DNA of 64,000 bases, from positions 2,208,001 to 2,272,000 of the forward strand of contig OZ220691.1 in the NCBI GenBank assembly GCA_965116475.1. The letters are read 5' to 3'. The DNA is from Gemmatimonadota bacterium (GTDB lineage Bacteria > Gemmatimonadota > Gemmatimonadetes > Palauibacterales > Palauibacteraceae). Under the pieces are notes generated by a model that made no database searches, was not told where the DNA came from, and saw nothing but the letters and a program-made list of their open reading frames with translations. Every line of letters starts with the position of its first letter. Position 1 is the first letter of the stretch. Position numbers and translations under genes: made by a program. Below, one piece after another: positions 38,688 to 48,650 of this stretch.

Positions 38688-41600
38688 CTAGCGGAAGCGG
38701 ATGCCGATGCCGAACTGCGCCTGCCACTGCGAGGCGCCGATCTGCGGCAGGTAGGGCACCGCGGCGCGGACGCCGCCCGTGTCTCCGAACTGGAGGGGGC
38801 CCGCGTAGCGCGCCCGGAGCGGGTCGTCCGGTTCGGGCGTCATGTTGGCCAGATCGAAGTCGTCTTCGATGCGGTCTTCGACGCTGAGCAGCTTTACGAT
38901 CGGGTTCACGGTCTGGACATGCCCCCACGCGCTGTCGACCAGGTTCAGGACGTTGAGTACGTCGAGCGTCAGCGCCACTTCCGCCCCGCCCAGCCGGAAG
39001 GGCTGGCTGAACCGGAGGTCAAGTTCATTCGACCACGGCGTCCGGCACGCGTTCCGGTTCAGGATCCGCCGCCGGTTCTCCAGGAGGCAGGGTTCCTGCA
39101 GCATGAGCTGCTCGAACAGGATTCCGCTGATCGGGGCCTGCCCTCCTCCGGGGAAGTCGAATCCGCCCGCCGTCACGTAGATCAGATCGTTGGCGAGGTC
39201 GAGAGCCCGACCGAATCCGGGATACGTGTCGCCGTTGATGTCGTCGGCGTAGACGTAGGAGTACGGCCTGCCGGACTGCCCTACGTACAGCAGCGACAGC
39301 CTCCCGCCTCCCAGCAGCCGGGGCAGGGTGGTCGTCGCGCTCGCCACGAGCCGATGTGGCCGGTCGAAGAGCGAAGCCTGGCGCAGCGGGTCGTTCGGAT
39401 CGCCCGAGACCGCCGTGAATCCGTAGTTCGCGATCGCATCGAGCGAAGCGAGGCTCTGCACATCCGAAGAGCGGTTGTACGCGTATCCGACATCCACCGA
39501 CAGTCGGTCCCCGAACTGCTTGCGCAGCCGGGCGCTCACCGCGTATGAGAAGTTCCGCGCCCGGTCGCCGATCCTGATGACCTGCGCGAACGCCTCGTCC
39601 ACCCGCCGCGGAATGAAAATCGGCTCCCGGGCGTCCGGCGGCTCTCCAGGGGGCGGGTCGACGAACTCGCTGCCCTCCCCCGGGTCGCCGAACACCAGGC
39701 GGGTCCCGTACCCGAATCCGTACGTGAATCCGTTCTCCTCCGTACGTTCACTATCGGGGATGGCGGGTCCGATATTCAGATCCTCGAACGCGATCTGGTT
39801 CACGGCGCGCGTGTAGATCCCCTCGAGCGACAACACGAATCCCGCCGGCAGGCGCTGGTCGATCCCGAACGAGGCCTTGAAGTCGCGGGGGAACCGGAAG
39901 TCGGGGTCGAAGGCCGTCACGGTGGGAACGCCGAAGTCGCCCCCCGATCCATCGGCGCACGCCGTCGGGGACGGGGCCTGCGGGTCGAAGATCGGAACGA
40001 TCTCCGGATCGGGAACCCCGAGGTTCCGCCGCCGGCACGTCAGGAAGACGGAGGAGAGGCCCGTGTTCTGGTACGCGTTCGCCAGCCACGCGAACGGCGG
40101 CCGGCCGGTGAACAGGCCCGCCCCGCCCCGGATCTGCGTGCCTCGGTCCGCGCCGAGACCCAGGTTGAAACCGGCCCGCGGCGAGAACATGACGGTCCCG
40201 CTCGGCAACTCGCTCGTATCGAGGCCGAACGAACTCTCCACCGCCGGATTGTGGGCCGGCGCGTCCGGCATCAGAGGCACGTCCATGCGCACGCCCAGCC
40301 GCACGTTCAACCGGTCGCCGATCCGCGCCTCCTCCTGGACGAAGGCGGAGAACTGGTTCACCGAAAACCGCGCGGCGCCCGCGTCCTCCGCGAGAGGGAC
40401 GTGGATCACATACTCGCTCGGCGTGTTCGCCTCCAGGTCTTCGGCCGAGTTGAAGTAGTAGCTGCCGAGGCTTCCGGGCAGATACTCGCGACGGATCGAA
40501 AACCGTTCGAACCCGCCGCCCACGGTGACGTGGTGGTTCCCGAGAACCAGCGTCAGCGCGTTCGAGATCTGAAGGATGTTCTGATCGAGTTCGCCGTCCG
40601 GGCCCGAATAGTTCGAACCCGCCCGCACTTCCCTCCGGAACCCGGCCCCGGGGACGCCCCCCTGGAGTCGGACCTGGACGCGCGGGAAGAGCGCGTTCGC
40701 CGTCTCCTGGTCGCGCAGGAATTGCACGTTCACCATGAGGTCGTTCGACAGTGTGGGGCTCGGCGTGGACAGCCATTGCGCGCCGATCGACTGGTTGCGC
40801 GACTCGATTCGAGTGCCGGTGGACGACATCTCGTACACGTCGCCCGGCAGGCGGTTGGTCGGGGGATCGTCCGCCGCGTAGGCGAAGTTGTAGCGCAGCA
40901 TGAGGGAGTTGTTGGCGTCGGGACGCGCGTCGAAGCGTGCGAACACGTTCGCCAGGTTGTTCTCCAGCGTGTACAGGCCCGCTTCACCGGCATCCGCGCC
41001 GTAGCCCCTGAGAAGCTTCGAGATGCGCCCTATGGAATCCGGGTCGAGTTTCGTCCGGACGATGTCGTCGACGCCCACCGTGAACCCATCGGGCGGCCGC
41101 TCGCGGCCCTCGAACTCCCCGGCGACAAAGAAGTGCAGCCGGTCGCGCACGATGGGACCGCCGACATCGAAGCCCGCGAACACGTTGTCCAGCTCACCCG
41201 GCTCCCGCAGGTGGCCGCCGATCAGCGCCTCGCCGACCAGCGCGTCGTTGCGGAAGAAACCGAACGCCGATCCGCCGAACTCGTTGGACCCCGTCCGGGT
41301 CACGGCGTTGAGGACGCCGCCGGTAAACCCGGACTGGCGGACGTCGTACGGCGCCGTGAGCACCTGGAGCTCCTCGATCGCCGCGAGCGGAATCACGCGC
41401 CCGCTCGCCTGTCCCCCGGCCACGCCGGTCGGTGACAGGCCGAACACGTCCTGGTTGAGGGCGCCGTCGACCTGGATGTTGTTGAAGCGGATGTTGGACC
41501 CCGCCACCGACGTGCCCATCTCGTCGATCGCCACCAGCGGCGACAGTCGGGCGAAGCCCGTGAAATCCCGGGATATCGTGGGCAGGGCCTCGATCACCTC

Positions 41601-42038
41601 CCGGTTGACGACCCTCGTCGAGCCCATGCGGGTGGGGTCGAACTCCGGGTCCGTCTCGACCCGGACGGAGAGTTCGGGCAGGGGCACCGCCGTCTCGGAG
41701 AGTTGAACCTCGATCCGCAGCCGCTGCCCGGCGATGAGCGTCAGACCCTCCCGCGTCACCGGGCTGAGCCCGATGCGCGCGACCTCCAGCGTGTACGGCC
41801 CGCCGGGCCGGAGATTGGCGAGGCTGAAACGGCCGAGATCGTCGCTTAGGACGGTGTGGGTGGCGCCGGTCCGGGTATGGCGGAACTCGATCCGCGCCCC
41901 GGCCACCGGCGCCCCGTCGGCGTCGATCACGCGCCCCGCCACGCCGGCGGTCGTGACCCCCTGCGCGGAGACGACGGATGGCTGGGCCGCGAGGCCCGCG
42001 AGAAGGCCGATCAACGCAACGCCGACGAGGCGACTCAA
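38688..42038 (-). CDS. Oar-like TonB-dependent receptor with carboxypeptidase-regulatory domain
   Basis: TTG with AGGAG RBS; LRPGGPY, NNIQVDGA..QDVFG, GFTGGVLNAVTRTGSN, FSPRAGFN, QFGIGIRF. Confidence 0.9.
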   Translation of the reverse strand: MSRLVGVALIGLLAGLAAQPSVVSAQGVTTAGVAGRVIDADGAPVAGARIEFRHTRTGATHTVLSDDLGRFSLANLRPGGPYTLEVARIGLSPVTREGLTLIAGQRLRIEVQLSETAVPLPELSVRVETDPEFDPTRMGSTRVVNREVIEALPTISRDFTGFARLSPLVAIDEMGTSVAGSNIRFNNIQVDGALNQDVFGLSPTGVAGGQASGRVIPLAAIEELQVLTAPYDVRQSGFTGGVLNAVTRTGSNEFGGSAFGFFRNDALVGEALIGGHLREPGELDNVFAGFDVGGPIVRDRLHFFVAGEFEGRERPPDGFTVGVDDIVRTKLDPDSIGRISKLLRGYGADAGEAGLYTLENNLANVFARFDARPDANNSLMLRYNFAYAADDPPTNRLPGDVYEMSSTGTRIESRNQSIGAQWLSTPSPTLSNDLMVNVQFLRDQETANALFPRVQVRLQGGVPGAGFRREVRAGSNYSGPDGELDQNILQISNALTLVLGNHHVTVGGGFERFSIRREYLPGSLGSYYFNSAEDLEANTPSEYVIHVPLAEDAGAARFSVNQFSAFVQEEARIGDRLNVRLGVRMDVPLMPDAPAHNPAVESSFGLDTSELPSGTVMFSPRAGFNLGLGADRGTQIRGGAGLFTGRPPFAWLANAYQNTGLSSVFLTCRRRNLGVPDPEIVPIFDPQAPSPTACADGSGGDFGVPTVTAFDPDFRFPRDFKASFGIDQRLPAGFVLSLEGIYTRAVNQIAFEDLNIGPAIPDSERTEENGFTYGFGYGTRLVFGDPGEGSEFVDPPPGEPPDAREPIFIPRRVDEAFAQVIRIGDRARNFSYAVSARLRKQFGDRLSVDVGYAYNRSSDVQSLASLDAIANYGFTAVSGDPNDPLRQASLFDRPHRLVASATTTLPRLLGGGRLSLLYVGQSGRPYSYVYADDINGDTYPGFGRALDLANDLIYVTAGGFDFPGGGQAPISGILFEQLMLQEPCLLENRRRILNRNACRTPWSNELDLRFSQPFRLGGAEVALTLDVLNVLNLVDSAWGHVQTVNPIVKLLSVEDRIEDDFDLANMTPEPDDPLRARYAGPLQFGDTGGVRAAVPYLPQIGASQWQAQFGIGIRFR

Positions 42039-42105
42039 GACGATTCTCCTTTCCGAAGACTCTAAGAGATAACGCGCGGGGGGCGGATGATGTATTGTCG
42101 GAGCC

Positions 42106-43512
42106 GTGAGTACCACGAGCCGCACGCTGAGGTTTCGCGCAATCCTGGGCCCCGGAGGCCTCGAGCGGGACCGGTCGATCGAGATCGCTCCGGACGGGAC
42201 GATCCGTGCGATCCGGGCGGTTCGCGCCGGCGACGCGCCCTGCGACGGAGGCCTCGCGGTCCCCGGCATGCCGAACGCGCATTCGCACATCTTCCAGCAC
42301 GCGCTGGCCGGTTTCGGCGAAGAGGCGCGAGGGGACGACTCCTTCTGGAGCTGGCGCCGGGCCATGTACCGGCTGGCCGCCGCCATCACCCCGGAGCAGT
42401 TGTTCGCCGTCGCCCGCCACGGGTACGCCCGCATGCTGCGCGCCGGCTTCACGCACGTGGTGGAGTTCCACTACCTGCACCACGGGCCGGACGGCGCGCG
42501 CGGGCCCGAAACGACCCAGGCTGTGCTCGCGGCGGCCGCGGACGTCGGCCTTCCGATCAGCCTCCTGCCCGTCTACTACCGGACCGGCGGCTTCGACGGG
42601 GCCGCGCCTCACGCGGGTCAGCGGCGCTTCGCCCACGACTCGGTGGACGAGTTCATGGCCACGGTCGAGGCAATGGTCCCGGCGGTGGCCGGCGTGGCGC
42701 CGCACTCTCTCCGCGCCGTGCCCGCGCCCGACCTCGCGGCACTCGTCGCGGGGGTGGATGCGACGCTGGGCCGCGAGGCGCCGCTCCACATCCACGTCAG
42801 CGAGCAGGAACTCGAGGTCGAGGAATGTCTCGCGGCGCGGGGCCGCACGCCGATCGATCTCCTCGCCGACACCGTCGAACTGGGTCCGCGCTGGAGTCTC
42901 GTGCATGCGACGCACGCTACGGAGGCGGAACGCTCACGGCTCCGGAGCGCGGGGGCGCGGGTCGTCCTGTGTCCGATCACGGAAGCCCACCTGGGGGATG
43001 GGATCTTCCCCGCCCGAGAGCACTTTCGCGCCGGTGGGGCGGCCGCCATGGGCTCCGACGCGAACGTCCGCATTTCCCCCATCGAGGAGGCGCGGCAACT
43101 CGAATACGGGCAGCGCCTGCGGGATCGGCGCAGGGCCCGCCTGGCGACCGCAGCGGGCGCCGGCTCCGTCATCTGGTCGTGGCTGGCGGAGGGTGGCGGC
43201 GCGGCGGCGGCGACCTGGCCTGCCCCGGCGGACACGGCTGCCCCGGAGCCCCGGCTGGGGCGAATCGAACCCGGCTACCGGGCTGACCTCGTCGTCCTGA
43301 ACCGGGAGGGCCCGCACACGCTGGGGCACGATTGGGATACCCTCATGGATGCGTGGCTGGTGGCAGGCGACGAGCGCGACATCGAGGCCGTCTACGTCGG
43401 AGGGGAACGACGCGTCGAGCGCGGATCGGTCGAGGGCGGATCGCCGGCGGGCGAGGCCCGGATCCGATCCGGTTTCGGAAGGGCGATGCGCGAGATCCGG
43501 CGGGCGATCTGA
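42106..43512 (+). CDS. hutF: Formimidoylglutamate deiminase
   Basis: PGMPNAHSHIFQ, DSFWSWR, EFHYLHH, APHSLRAV, HIHVSEQ, CPITEA.LGDG, LEYGQRL. Confidence 0.92.
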   Translation: MSTTSRTLRFRAILGPGGLERDRSIEIAPDGTIRAIRAVRAGDAPCDGGLAVPGMPNAHSHIFQHALAGFGEEARGDDSFWSWRRAMYRLAAAITPEQLFAVARHGYARMLRAGFTHVVEFHYLHHGPDGARGPETTQAVLAAAADVGLPISLLPVYYRTGGFDGAAPHAGQRRFAHDSVDEFMATVEAMVPAVAGVAPHSLRAVPAPDLAALVAGVDATLGREAPLHIHVSEQELEVEECLAARGRTPIDLLADTVELGPRWSLVHATHATEAERSRLRSAGARVVLCPITEAHLGDGIFPAREHFRAGGAAAMGSDANVRISPIEEARQLEYGQRLRDRRRARLATAAGAGSVIWSWLAEGGGAAAATWPAPADTAAPEPRLGRIEPGYRADLVVLNREGPHTLGHDWDTLMDAWLVAGDERDIEAVYVGGERRVERGSVEGGSPAGEARIRSGFGRAMREIRRAI

Positions 43513-43546
43513 CCCCGGCTTCGCGCCCGGGCCGCCCGCCCGCGAT

Positions 43547-44581
43547 TCAGGCGGCCGCCGGCTCCAACTCCATCGACCACTCGCCGCGCGTCGCGAGACC
43601 GTTCATGCGCGCGCGGTGCGCAAACGCCGCCTGCGCGGCCGACCCGTTCTCCGCGGCTCCGCCCCACGCCTGCAGCGGCGCGGCCTGCAGGGCCCGGCCG
43701 TAGGAAAAGCTCAGGTTCCACGGCGCATCGAACCCCGCGTTCATCGCGTTCAGGTGGGCGGTGGCCTCGATGTCCGACTGCCCGCCCGACAGAAAGACGA
43801 TGCTCGGAACCGATGAGGGAACCGCGCGCTTCAGGCAGCGAACCGTCTTCTCGGCCACCTCGTCGACCCCGGCCCGGTCCGCGCACAGCTTGCCCGACAG
43901 CACCATGTTGGGCTTCAGGACCGAGCCTTCCAGGAGCACGCGCTGGTGGAAGAGGGCCATGTACACCTGCTTGAGCGTGGCTTCGGTCGCCTCGAAGCAG
44001 CGGTCGATGTCGTGGTCGCCGTCCATCAGCACCTCCGGCTCCACGATCGGCACGAGTCCCTGCTCCTGGCTGAGCGCCGCCATGCGGGCGAGCGCGTGCG
44101 CGTTCGCCCCGATGCAGTAGGCGCTCGGGATGGAGCGGTCGCCGCCCCGTCCGATGTCGATCACGGCGCGCCACTTCGTGAAGCGAGCCCCGAGTTCGTA
44201 GTACTCCGCCAGCCGCTCGCGCAGCCCGTCGAGTCCTTCGGTCACCTTCTCGCCCGGTGCTCCCGCGAGGGCGTGCGCCCCCCTGTCGATCTTGATGCCC
44301 GGGATCGATCCCGCATCGGAGAGCAGCTGGACGAGCGGCGTCCCGTCGGCCGCCGACTGCCGCAGCGTCTCGTCGAACAGGATGACGCCCGAGATGCACT
44401 CGCTCAGCGCGTCGCTCGTCCGGAAGAGCAGCTCGCGGTAGTCGCGCCGGTTCTCCTCGGTCGATTCGACGCCGATGCCGTCGAACCTCTTCCGGATCGT
44501 GCCGGAACTCTCATCGGCCGCGAGGATTCCCTTGCCCTTGGCCCCCATGTCCGCCGCCACCTGGACGAGCTGCTGCTTCAT
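43547..44581 (-). CDS. fba: Fructose-bisphosphate aldolase, class I
   Basis: KGILAADES, ILFDETL, GIKID, KWRAV, PIVEPEV, LKPNM (Schiff-base Lys), FLSGGQ, FSYGRALQ. Confidence 0.97.
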   Translation of the reverse strand: MKQQLVQVAADMGAKGKGILAADESSGTIRKRFDGIGVESTEENRRDYRELLFRTSDALSECISGVILFDETLRQSAADGTPLVQLLSDAGSIPGIKIDRGAHALAGAPGEKVTEGLDGLRERLAEYYELGARFTKWRAVIDIGRGGDRSIPSAYCIGANAHALARMAALSQEQGLVPIVEPEVLMDGDHDIDRCFEATEATLKQVYMALFHQRVLLEGSVLKPNMVLSGKLCADRAGVDEVAEKTVRCLKRAVPSSVPSIVFLSGGQSDIEATAHLNAMNAGFDAPWNLSFSYGRALQAAPLQAWGGAAENGSAAQAAFAHRARMNGLATRGEWSMELEPAAA

Positions 44582-44659
44582 AACGGTTCCTCCGCCCTCA
44601 TTCCGGGCCGGATTTCAGTGTTGGACGCGATCCACGTGTCGGATACTCCGGGGCATGAG

Positions 44660-44696
44660 GAGGGGCGTCAACGGGGTTCCCCCCGCGACGCCCCTC
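44660..44696. other. GC hairpin between the lipoprotein gene and fba
   Basis: GAGGGGCGTC...GACGCCCCTC 10-bp inverted repeat; no poly-U tract. Confidence 0.4.
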
Positions 44697-44724
44697 GGAC
44701 GCCGAAACGGAACAGGGCTGCGGA

Positions 44725-45156
44725 TCAGGTCGGATCCACGGGATCGTCCTCGAGCGTCCAGACCACCGGCGTGACCGGCGTGGCGGACTGGTTGAAGATG
44801 AACTTCTCGAACGCGGGACCCGGCTCGGTCGTTTCCAGGTGTACCGCCCGGAAGTCATAGCAGCCGGCCTCGACCGTGAAGTCCCGCTGGCCGCCGGGCT
44901 GGATCGTCCCCTCGATGGGATGGTCCGTGCCGAAGAGATCCTGGCCCCAGTCGGATGTCCCGCACGGCCGCGCGAAGAAGAAGATCACGGGGCCGAGCAG
45001 CCGGTTGACCACGCGCACCGTGGATGGACTTTCGAACGTGGGTTCCGGAACTACGGGGTCGCTGTCACCGCAGGCCGCGATGGCCAGCCCGATCGCCACG
45101 ATGGCGACAATGGCATAACGCTTCTGTTTCACGCACCACATCTTGCATTCCTCCAT
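44725..45156 (-). CDS. Hypothetical lipoprotein
   Basis: Lipobox IAAC; WGQDL, GCYDFRAV; GC3-biased codons. Confidence 0.75.
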   Translation of the reverse strand: MEECKMWCVKQKRYAIVAIVAIGLAIAACGDSDPVVPEPTFESPSTVRVVNRLLGPVIFFFARPCGTSDWGQDLFGTDHPIEGTIQPGGQRDFTVEAGCYDFRAVHLETTEPGPAFEKFIFNQSATPVTPVVWTLEDDPVDPT

Positions 45157-45366
45157 GGCCGTCGTGCCGGGGGGCGCGGCGACTGCCGGGTCTGCGCGCG
45201 ATCCGCACCTGCATTCGGCCGAATTAAATACCTCTGGGAAAGATACATCGGAGCGGGATACCGTCCACCCGACACGTAGCGTCTACACGTAGCGTCTCAT
45301 TCGTGCTGCACCGATCTTACATGAGACAACGTCCGAACCCCCTCTTGAGCGACACGGCCCGGCGAC

Positions 45367-46791
45367 GTGAGCGACGTGAACGACAGGCCTTCCGTCTGGT
45401 TCCATACCTTCGGGTGCAAGGCGAACCAGTACGATACGGAACGAATCCGCCAGGAGCTGGAGCTCCGCGGCGCGGAGACCGCGCTCGACGCGGACGCGGC
45501 CGACATCGCCGTGATCAACACGTGCACCGTGACGAACCAGGCGGACGCGAACGCGAGGCGACTCGTGCGCCGGCTGCGCCGCCAGCGTCCGGATCTCCGC
45601 ATCGTCGTCGCCGGCTGTTCAACCTCCTTCCGTGAAGCCGAGTACCGCGCGCTGGACGAGGTGGATGGCGTCGTGCCCGGACACGACCCGTCCGCCGTCG
45701 CGCAATTGTTGCCGCAACTGGTGCCGCAGCCGTTGCCGCAACTGTTGCCGCAACCGGGAGACTCCGCCGAGGCCGGTCCGGTCACCGCGGGCGCTTCGGA
45801 CGGTTCGCACGGGTCGTTGGCCCCGTTGCGGCGGAATGCGCGCGGCACCCGGGCGTGGCTCAAGATCCAGGACGGGTGCGACCGGAAGTGTTCGTTCTGC
45901 GCGACCCGGATCGCGCGGGGCGCCTCGGTCTCGCGTCCCGTCGACGAAGTCGTGGAGGAAGCCGCCATCCTCGCGCGCGCGCACCCGGAACTTGTGATCA
46001 CCGGGATCCACATCGGCCATTACGGGAAGGACCTCGGCGCGGCACCCGGGCGCGATGGCTCCCGCGGCCCCCGCGCGCCCGCCAGCCTCGCGACGCTGTG
46101 CGAACGGTTGCTCGAGGAAGTCCCCGCCCGCATCCGCCTCACTTCCATCGAGGCGACGGAGATCGACGACCGGCTCGTGGACCTGCTCGCGGCAGCGGAC
46201 GGACAACTGGCGCCCCACCTGCACGTGCCGATGCAGAGCGGGTCCGACCGGGTGCTTCGCCTCATGCGCCGCTGGCACACGCGGGAAGCGTATCGGGCCC
46301 GCGTGCTCGCGATCGCCGAGCGCCTGGCCGCGGTCGATTCCGGCATGGTCGATTCCGGCGCGTTCGGTCTCGGCGCGGACATCATCGTCGGGTTCCCGGG
46401 AGAGGGGGAGGAGGAGTTCGAGGAGACGCGGGCGCTGGTGGAGGAGTTGCCCTACACCTACCTGCACGTGTTCCCCTATTCGGTGCGGGACGGAACCGTG
46501 GCGGCGAGCCTCCCGGACCGTATACCCGGCGACGTGGCGGCCGCCCGCTCGCGCACGCTGCGGGACATCGGCCTCCGCAAGGGCCAGGCCTATTCCGAGA
46601 CGCGCGCGGGCACCGTGGCCGACATCGTCGTGGAGGGCCGGGACGACCGCGTCGCCGGCGTGACGGGCGACTACCTGCGGGTCGAACTGCTCGGCCGCGC
46701 GACCCCCGGCGACCGCTTCCGCGCGCGCCTGCAGACGCGCGGCGGGCGGCTGGCCGCCGAGGCGCCGGCCACAGTACCCGCCGCCGTCTGA
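45367..46791 (+). CDS. mtaB: tRNA t6A37 methylthiotransferase (MtaB-type radical SAM)
   Basis: TFGCKANQY, INTCTVT, VAGC, KIQDGCDRKCSFC, QSGSDRVL, DIIVGFPGE, HVFPYS. Confidence 0.92.
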   Translation: MSDVNDRPSVWFHTFGCKANQYDTERIRQELELRGAETALDADAADIAVINTCTVTNQADANARRLVRRLRRQRPDLRIVVAGCSTSFREAEYRALDEVDGVVPGHDPSAVAQLLPQLVPQPLPQLLPQPGDSAEAGPVTAGASDGSHGSLAPLRRNARGTRAWLKIQDGCDRKCSFCATRIARGASVSRPVDEVVEEAAILARAHPELVITGIHIGHYGKDLGAAPGRDGSRGPRAPASLATLCERLLEEVPARIRLTSIEATEIDDRLVDLLAAADGQLAPHLHVPMQSGSDRVLRLMRRWHTREAYRARVLAIAERLAAVDSGMVDSGAFGLGADIIVGFPGEGEEEFEETRALVEELPYTYLHVFPYSVRDGTVAASLPDRIPGDVAAARSRTLRDIGLRKGQAYSETRAGTVADIVVEGRDDRVAGVTGDYLRVELLGRATPGDRFRARLQTRGGRLAAEAPATVPAAV

Positions 46792-46801
46792 GACCTGCGC
46801 C

Positions 46802-47692
46802 TCAGCGCTCCGAGCTTCCGGCCTCCGAGCTTCCGGCCTCCGAGCTTCCGCCGGGGATCGTGCGCGGGCTCACGAGCGACTCGCCACCGTCGACGACGAT
46901 CACGGAGCCCGTGATCCAGTCTCCGGCCGGCGAGCACAGGAAGGCGATCATCTGCCCGATATCGTGCGGGTGCCCCAGCCGGCCGGCGGGGATGAAGCGC
47001 TCCGCGAACCCGGCGCCGGAGCGCGCGCCGAACATGTCGACTTCCTCGCTCGGGGGCGCCTCGAACGCCTTCTTCACGCCCTCGGTCGGGATCGGGCCCG
47101 GCGCAATGGAGTTCACGTTGATCCCGTCCCGCGCCCACTCGATGGCGAGCGTGCGGGTGAGGGCATCGACCCCGGCCTTGGCCGCCGTCGCGTGGGCCAT
47201 GAGCGGCCAGCCCCGGTGGTACAGTGTCATCGAGATCGACACGATGCGCCCGTACCCCTGCTCGGCCATGACGGGGTAGACCGCGCGGCAGGCGTGGAAG
47301 GTGCCGAAAAGGTCGATCTCCACCACGGCGCGCCAGCCGTTCGGCGACAGGTCCGCCGTCGGCGCGTAGAAGTTGCCCGCCGCGTTGTTCACGAGGATGT
47401 CGATGGACCCGAGCGCGTCCCGCGTCTCGCGCACCGCGGCTTCGAGCGCCGCCGGTTCGCGCACGTCCCCGACCGTCGGGAGCGTCCGCACTCCGTGGGC
47501 CGAGGCGAGGCGCTCCGCCGCCCGCGCGACACGCTCCTCGTTGCGGCTGAACACGGCCACGGAGGCGCCGGCCGCCGCGAGGCACTCCGCGATCCCGTAC
47601 CCGATGCCGCTCCCGCCGCCCGTGATGAGCGCGGTGCGGCCGGCGAGGACATCCGGCGCGAAGAGCGCACCGACTCCCGGTTGCTCGTCCAT
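46802..47692 (-). CDS. SDR oxidoreductase (peroxisomal-type 2,4-dienoyl-CoA reductase-like)
   Basis: TGGGSGIG, NNAAGNF, LSPNGW, HATAAKAGV, IAPGPI. Confidence 0.88.
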   Translation of the reverse strand: MDEQPGVGALFAPDVLAGRTALITGGGSGIGYGIAECLAAAGASVAVFSRNEERVARAAERLASAHGVRTLPTVGDVREPAALEAAVRETRDALGSIDILVNNAAGNFYAPTADLSPNGWRAVVEIDLFGTFHACRAVYPVMAEQGYGRIVSISMTLYHRGWPLMAHATAAKAGVDALTRTLAIEWARDGINVNSIAPGPIPTEGVKKAFEAPPSEEVDMFGARSGAGFAERFIPAGRLGHPHDIGQMIAFLCSPAGDWITGSVIVVDGGESLVSPRTIPGGSSEAGSSEAGSSER

Positions 47693-47702
47693 TCGCTCGC
47701 TC

Positions 47703-48629
47703 CTAGCGGAACATGCTGCGGGCGACGAACCACACGTTCGCGGGCCGCTCGGCGAGCCGACGCATGTACCACGGGAACCACGCCCCCCCGTAGCTGATCA
47801 GCACCCGCAGCGGGGTCCCGTTGCCCACGAGCCTCCTCTGATCCCGCCGTCCGATGCCGTACAGCATTTCGATCTCGAACCGGCTGCCGTCCAGACCCGC
47901 CGCAGCGGCGTCCGCGGAGAGCGGTTCGATCATCGCCGGGTCGTGCGTCCCGAGCCCGAGGAATCCATCCCCTCCGTTCCCGAGGTGGTCGATGAGACGC
48001 CGCGACAGGGCGAGGTAGCTCTCGTCCACGTCCCGCTTGTCCGGAAAGGCGATCTCGGCCGGCTCCGCGTACGCCCCCTTTACGAGCCGGATGCGGGGGC
48101 CGAATTCCATGAGCGATTCGAGGTCGTCCGCGGTCCGCCGGAGGTAGGACTGGATGCAGAGTCCGACGTTCATGTGCCGACGCCGGACCGCACGGTAGAG
48201 GGAGAGGGTCGCCTCCGTGTAGAACGACCCCTCCATGTCGATCCAGAGCGTGCCGCGACCCTCGGCGCGGGCCGCGAGTTCCGCCACGTTGTCGGCCGCG
48301 AGTTCCGGGTCCTGGTCGAGTCCGAGGTGGGTGGGCTTGATCGAAACCTCCAGGTCGAGCCCCATCTCGTCCGCCAGGTCCATCGCCCGCATGTACTCGG
48401 CGACGGATTCGCGGGTCTCGTCCGCGGTCTCGACGTTCTCGCCCAGCGTGGTGACGAGCGTGGGGACGCCCTCCTCCCGCAGACGGGCGGCCTCGCCGAG
48501 TGCGTCCTCCAGCGTCTCGCCCGGCATGAACCTGCGGACCGCGCGCCGCACGAAACGACGCTGCGGCAGGCGCTGCGAGAGCCACCGGTTCGTGGAAGCC
48601 CACAGCAGCGCTTTCCGCATCGTCTCCAT
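47703..48629 (-). CDS. putB: Monofunctional proline dehydrogenase
   Basis: RRFMPGE, SIKPTHLG, IDME, QSYLRR, RLVKGAY, THD, MLYGI, YMRRLAERPAN. Confidence 0.93.
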   Translation of the reverse strand: METMRKALLWASTNRWLSQRLPQRRFVRRAVRRFMPGETLEDALGEAARLREEGVPTLVTTLGENVETADETRESVAEYMRAMDLADEMGLDLEVSIKPTHLGLDQDPELAADNVAELAARAEGRGTLWIDMEGSFYTEATLSLYRAVRRRHMNVGLCIQSYLRRTADDLESLMEFGPRIRLVKGAYAEPAEIAFPDKRDVDESYLALSRRLIDHLGNGGDGFLGLGTHDPAMIEPLSADAAAAGLDGSRFEIEMLYGIGRRDQRRLVGNGTPLRVLISYGGAWFPWYMRRLAERPANVWFVARSMFR

Positions 48630-48650
48630 ACGCCGGCCAGCCCGGCCCAG

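Noticed and set aside
42106..43512. hutF without the other hut genes as a novel pathway
   Set aside because: Dispersed hut genes are common; the rest may lie outside the window.
45157..45366. Riboswitch or ncRNA in larger intergenic gaps (also 49265-49610 and 59040-59220)
   Set aside because: No recognisable conserved Rfam-like motif by eye; a covariance-model search would be needed.
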